Below, in pieces: positions 63,832 through 64,000 of a stretch of DNA of 64,000 nucleotides. The DNA lies in contig OX597818.1 of assembly GCA_951406725.2 (NCBI GenBank), positions 69,254,001-69,318,000 of the forward strand. Reading direction: 5' to 3'. The position numbers and the translations under genes are program-made. Each line of letters opens with the position of its first letter. The stretch's first letter is position 1. This DNA comes from Octopus vulgaris (lineage: Eukaryota). Under the pieces are notes generated by a model that was not told where the DNA came from, ran no database searches, and worked only from the letters and a program-made list of their open reading frames with translations.

Positions 63832-64000
63832 AGTTCTATATTTAAGGGATGAGGAATTATGTACTTTATTCACATTTGACGGATATTTGTCCTCATCTTG
63901 TTTGTTGTTAGCACAACGTTTTGGCTGATAGACCCTCCAGCCTTCATCAGGTTTCTTGGGGAAATTTTGAACCCGGATTCTCATTCCTAAGGTATTTTTC
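63832..64000 (-). mobile_element. 3' part of the hammerhead-bearing SINE, running off the window end
   Basis: Matches the reverse complement of 37670-37833. The hammerhead at 63910-63955 has GAAA mutated to AAAA. Confidence 0.85.

Overview
This is eukaryotic, AT-rich, repeat-saturated non-genic (intergenic or intronic) DNA. The SINE families and the very high microsatellite load point to an octopus/coleoid cephalopod genome; that assignment is from recognition, not a search. I found no host protein-coding exon, rRNA, true tRNA or CRISPR array, and most ORF-track entries are microsatellite or SINE artefacts. The only long real coding sequence is a 5'-truncated R4/Dong-clade non-LTR retrotransposon (RT, CCHC knuckle, restriction-like endonuclease) at about 44.4-46.9 kb in a (TAA)n array, with at least five more Dong fragments elsewhere. 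The rest is decayed Tc1/mariner, hAT and Helitron transposons, RTE, Jockey-like and older LINE relics, several tRNA-derived SINE families, fold-back elements and mini/microsatellites. Two signals stand out. (1) A tRNA-headed SINE-like family carries a Penelope-type minimal hammerhead ribozyme and occurs as inverted duplications, and further unrelated hammerhead motifs are present. (2) At two independent Dong insertions, a compound microsatellite motif occurs once on the 3' side but 8-12 times in tandem on the 5' side. Boundaries of decayed elements are approximate.
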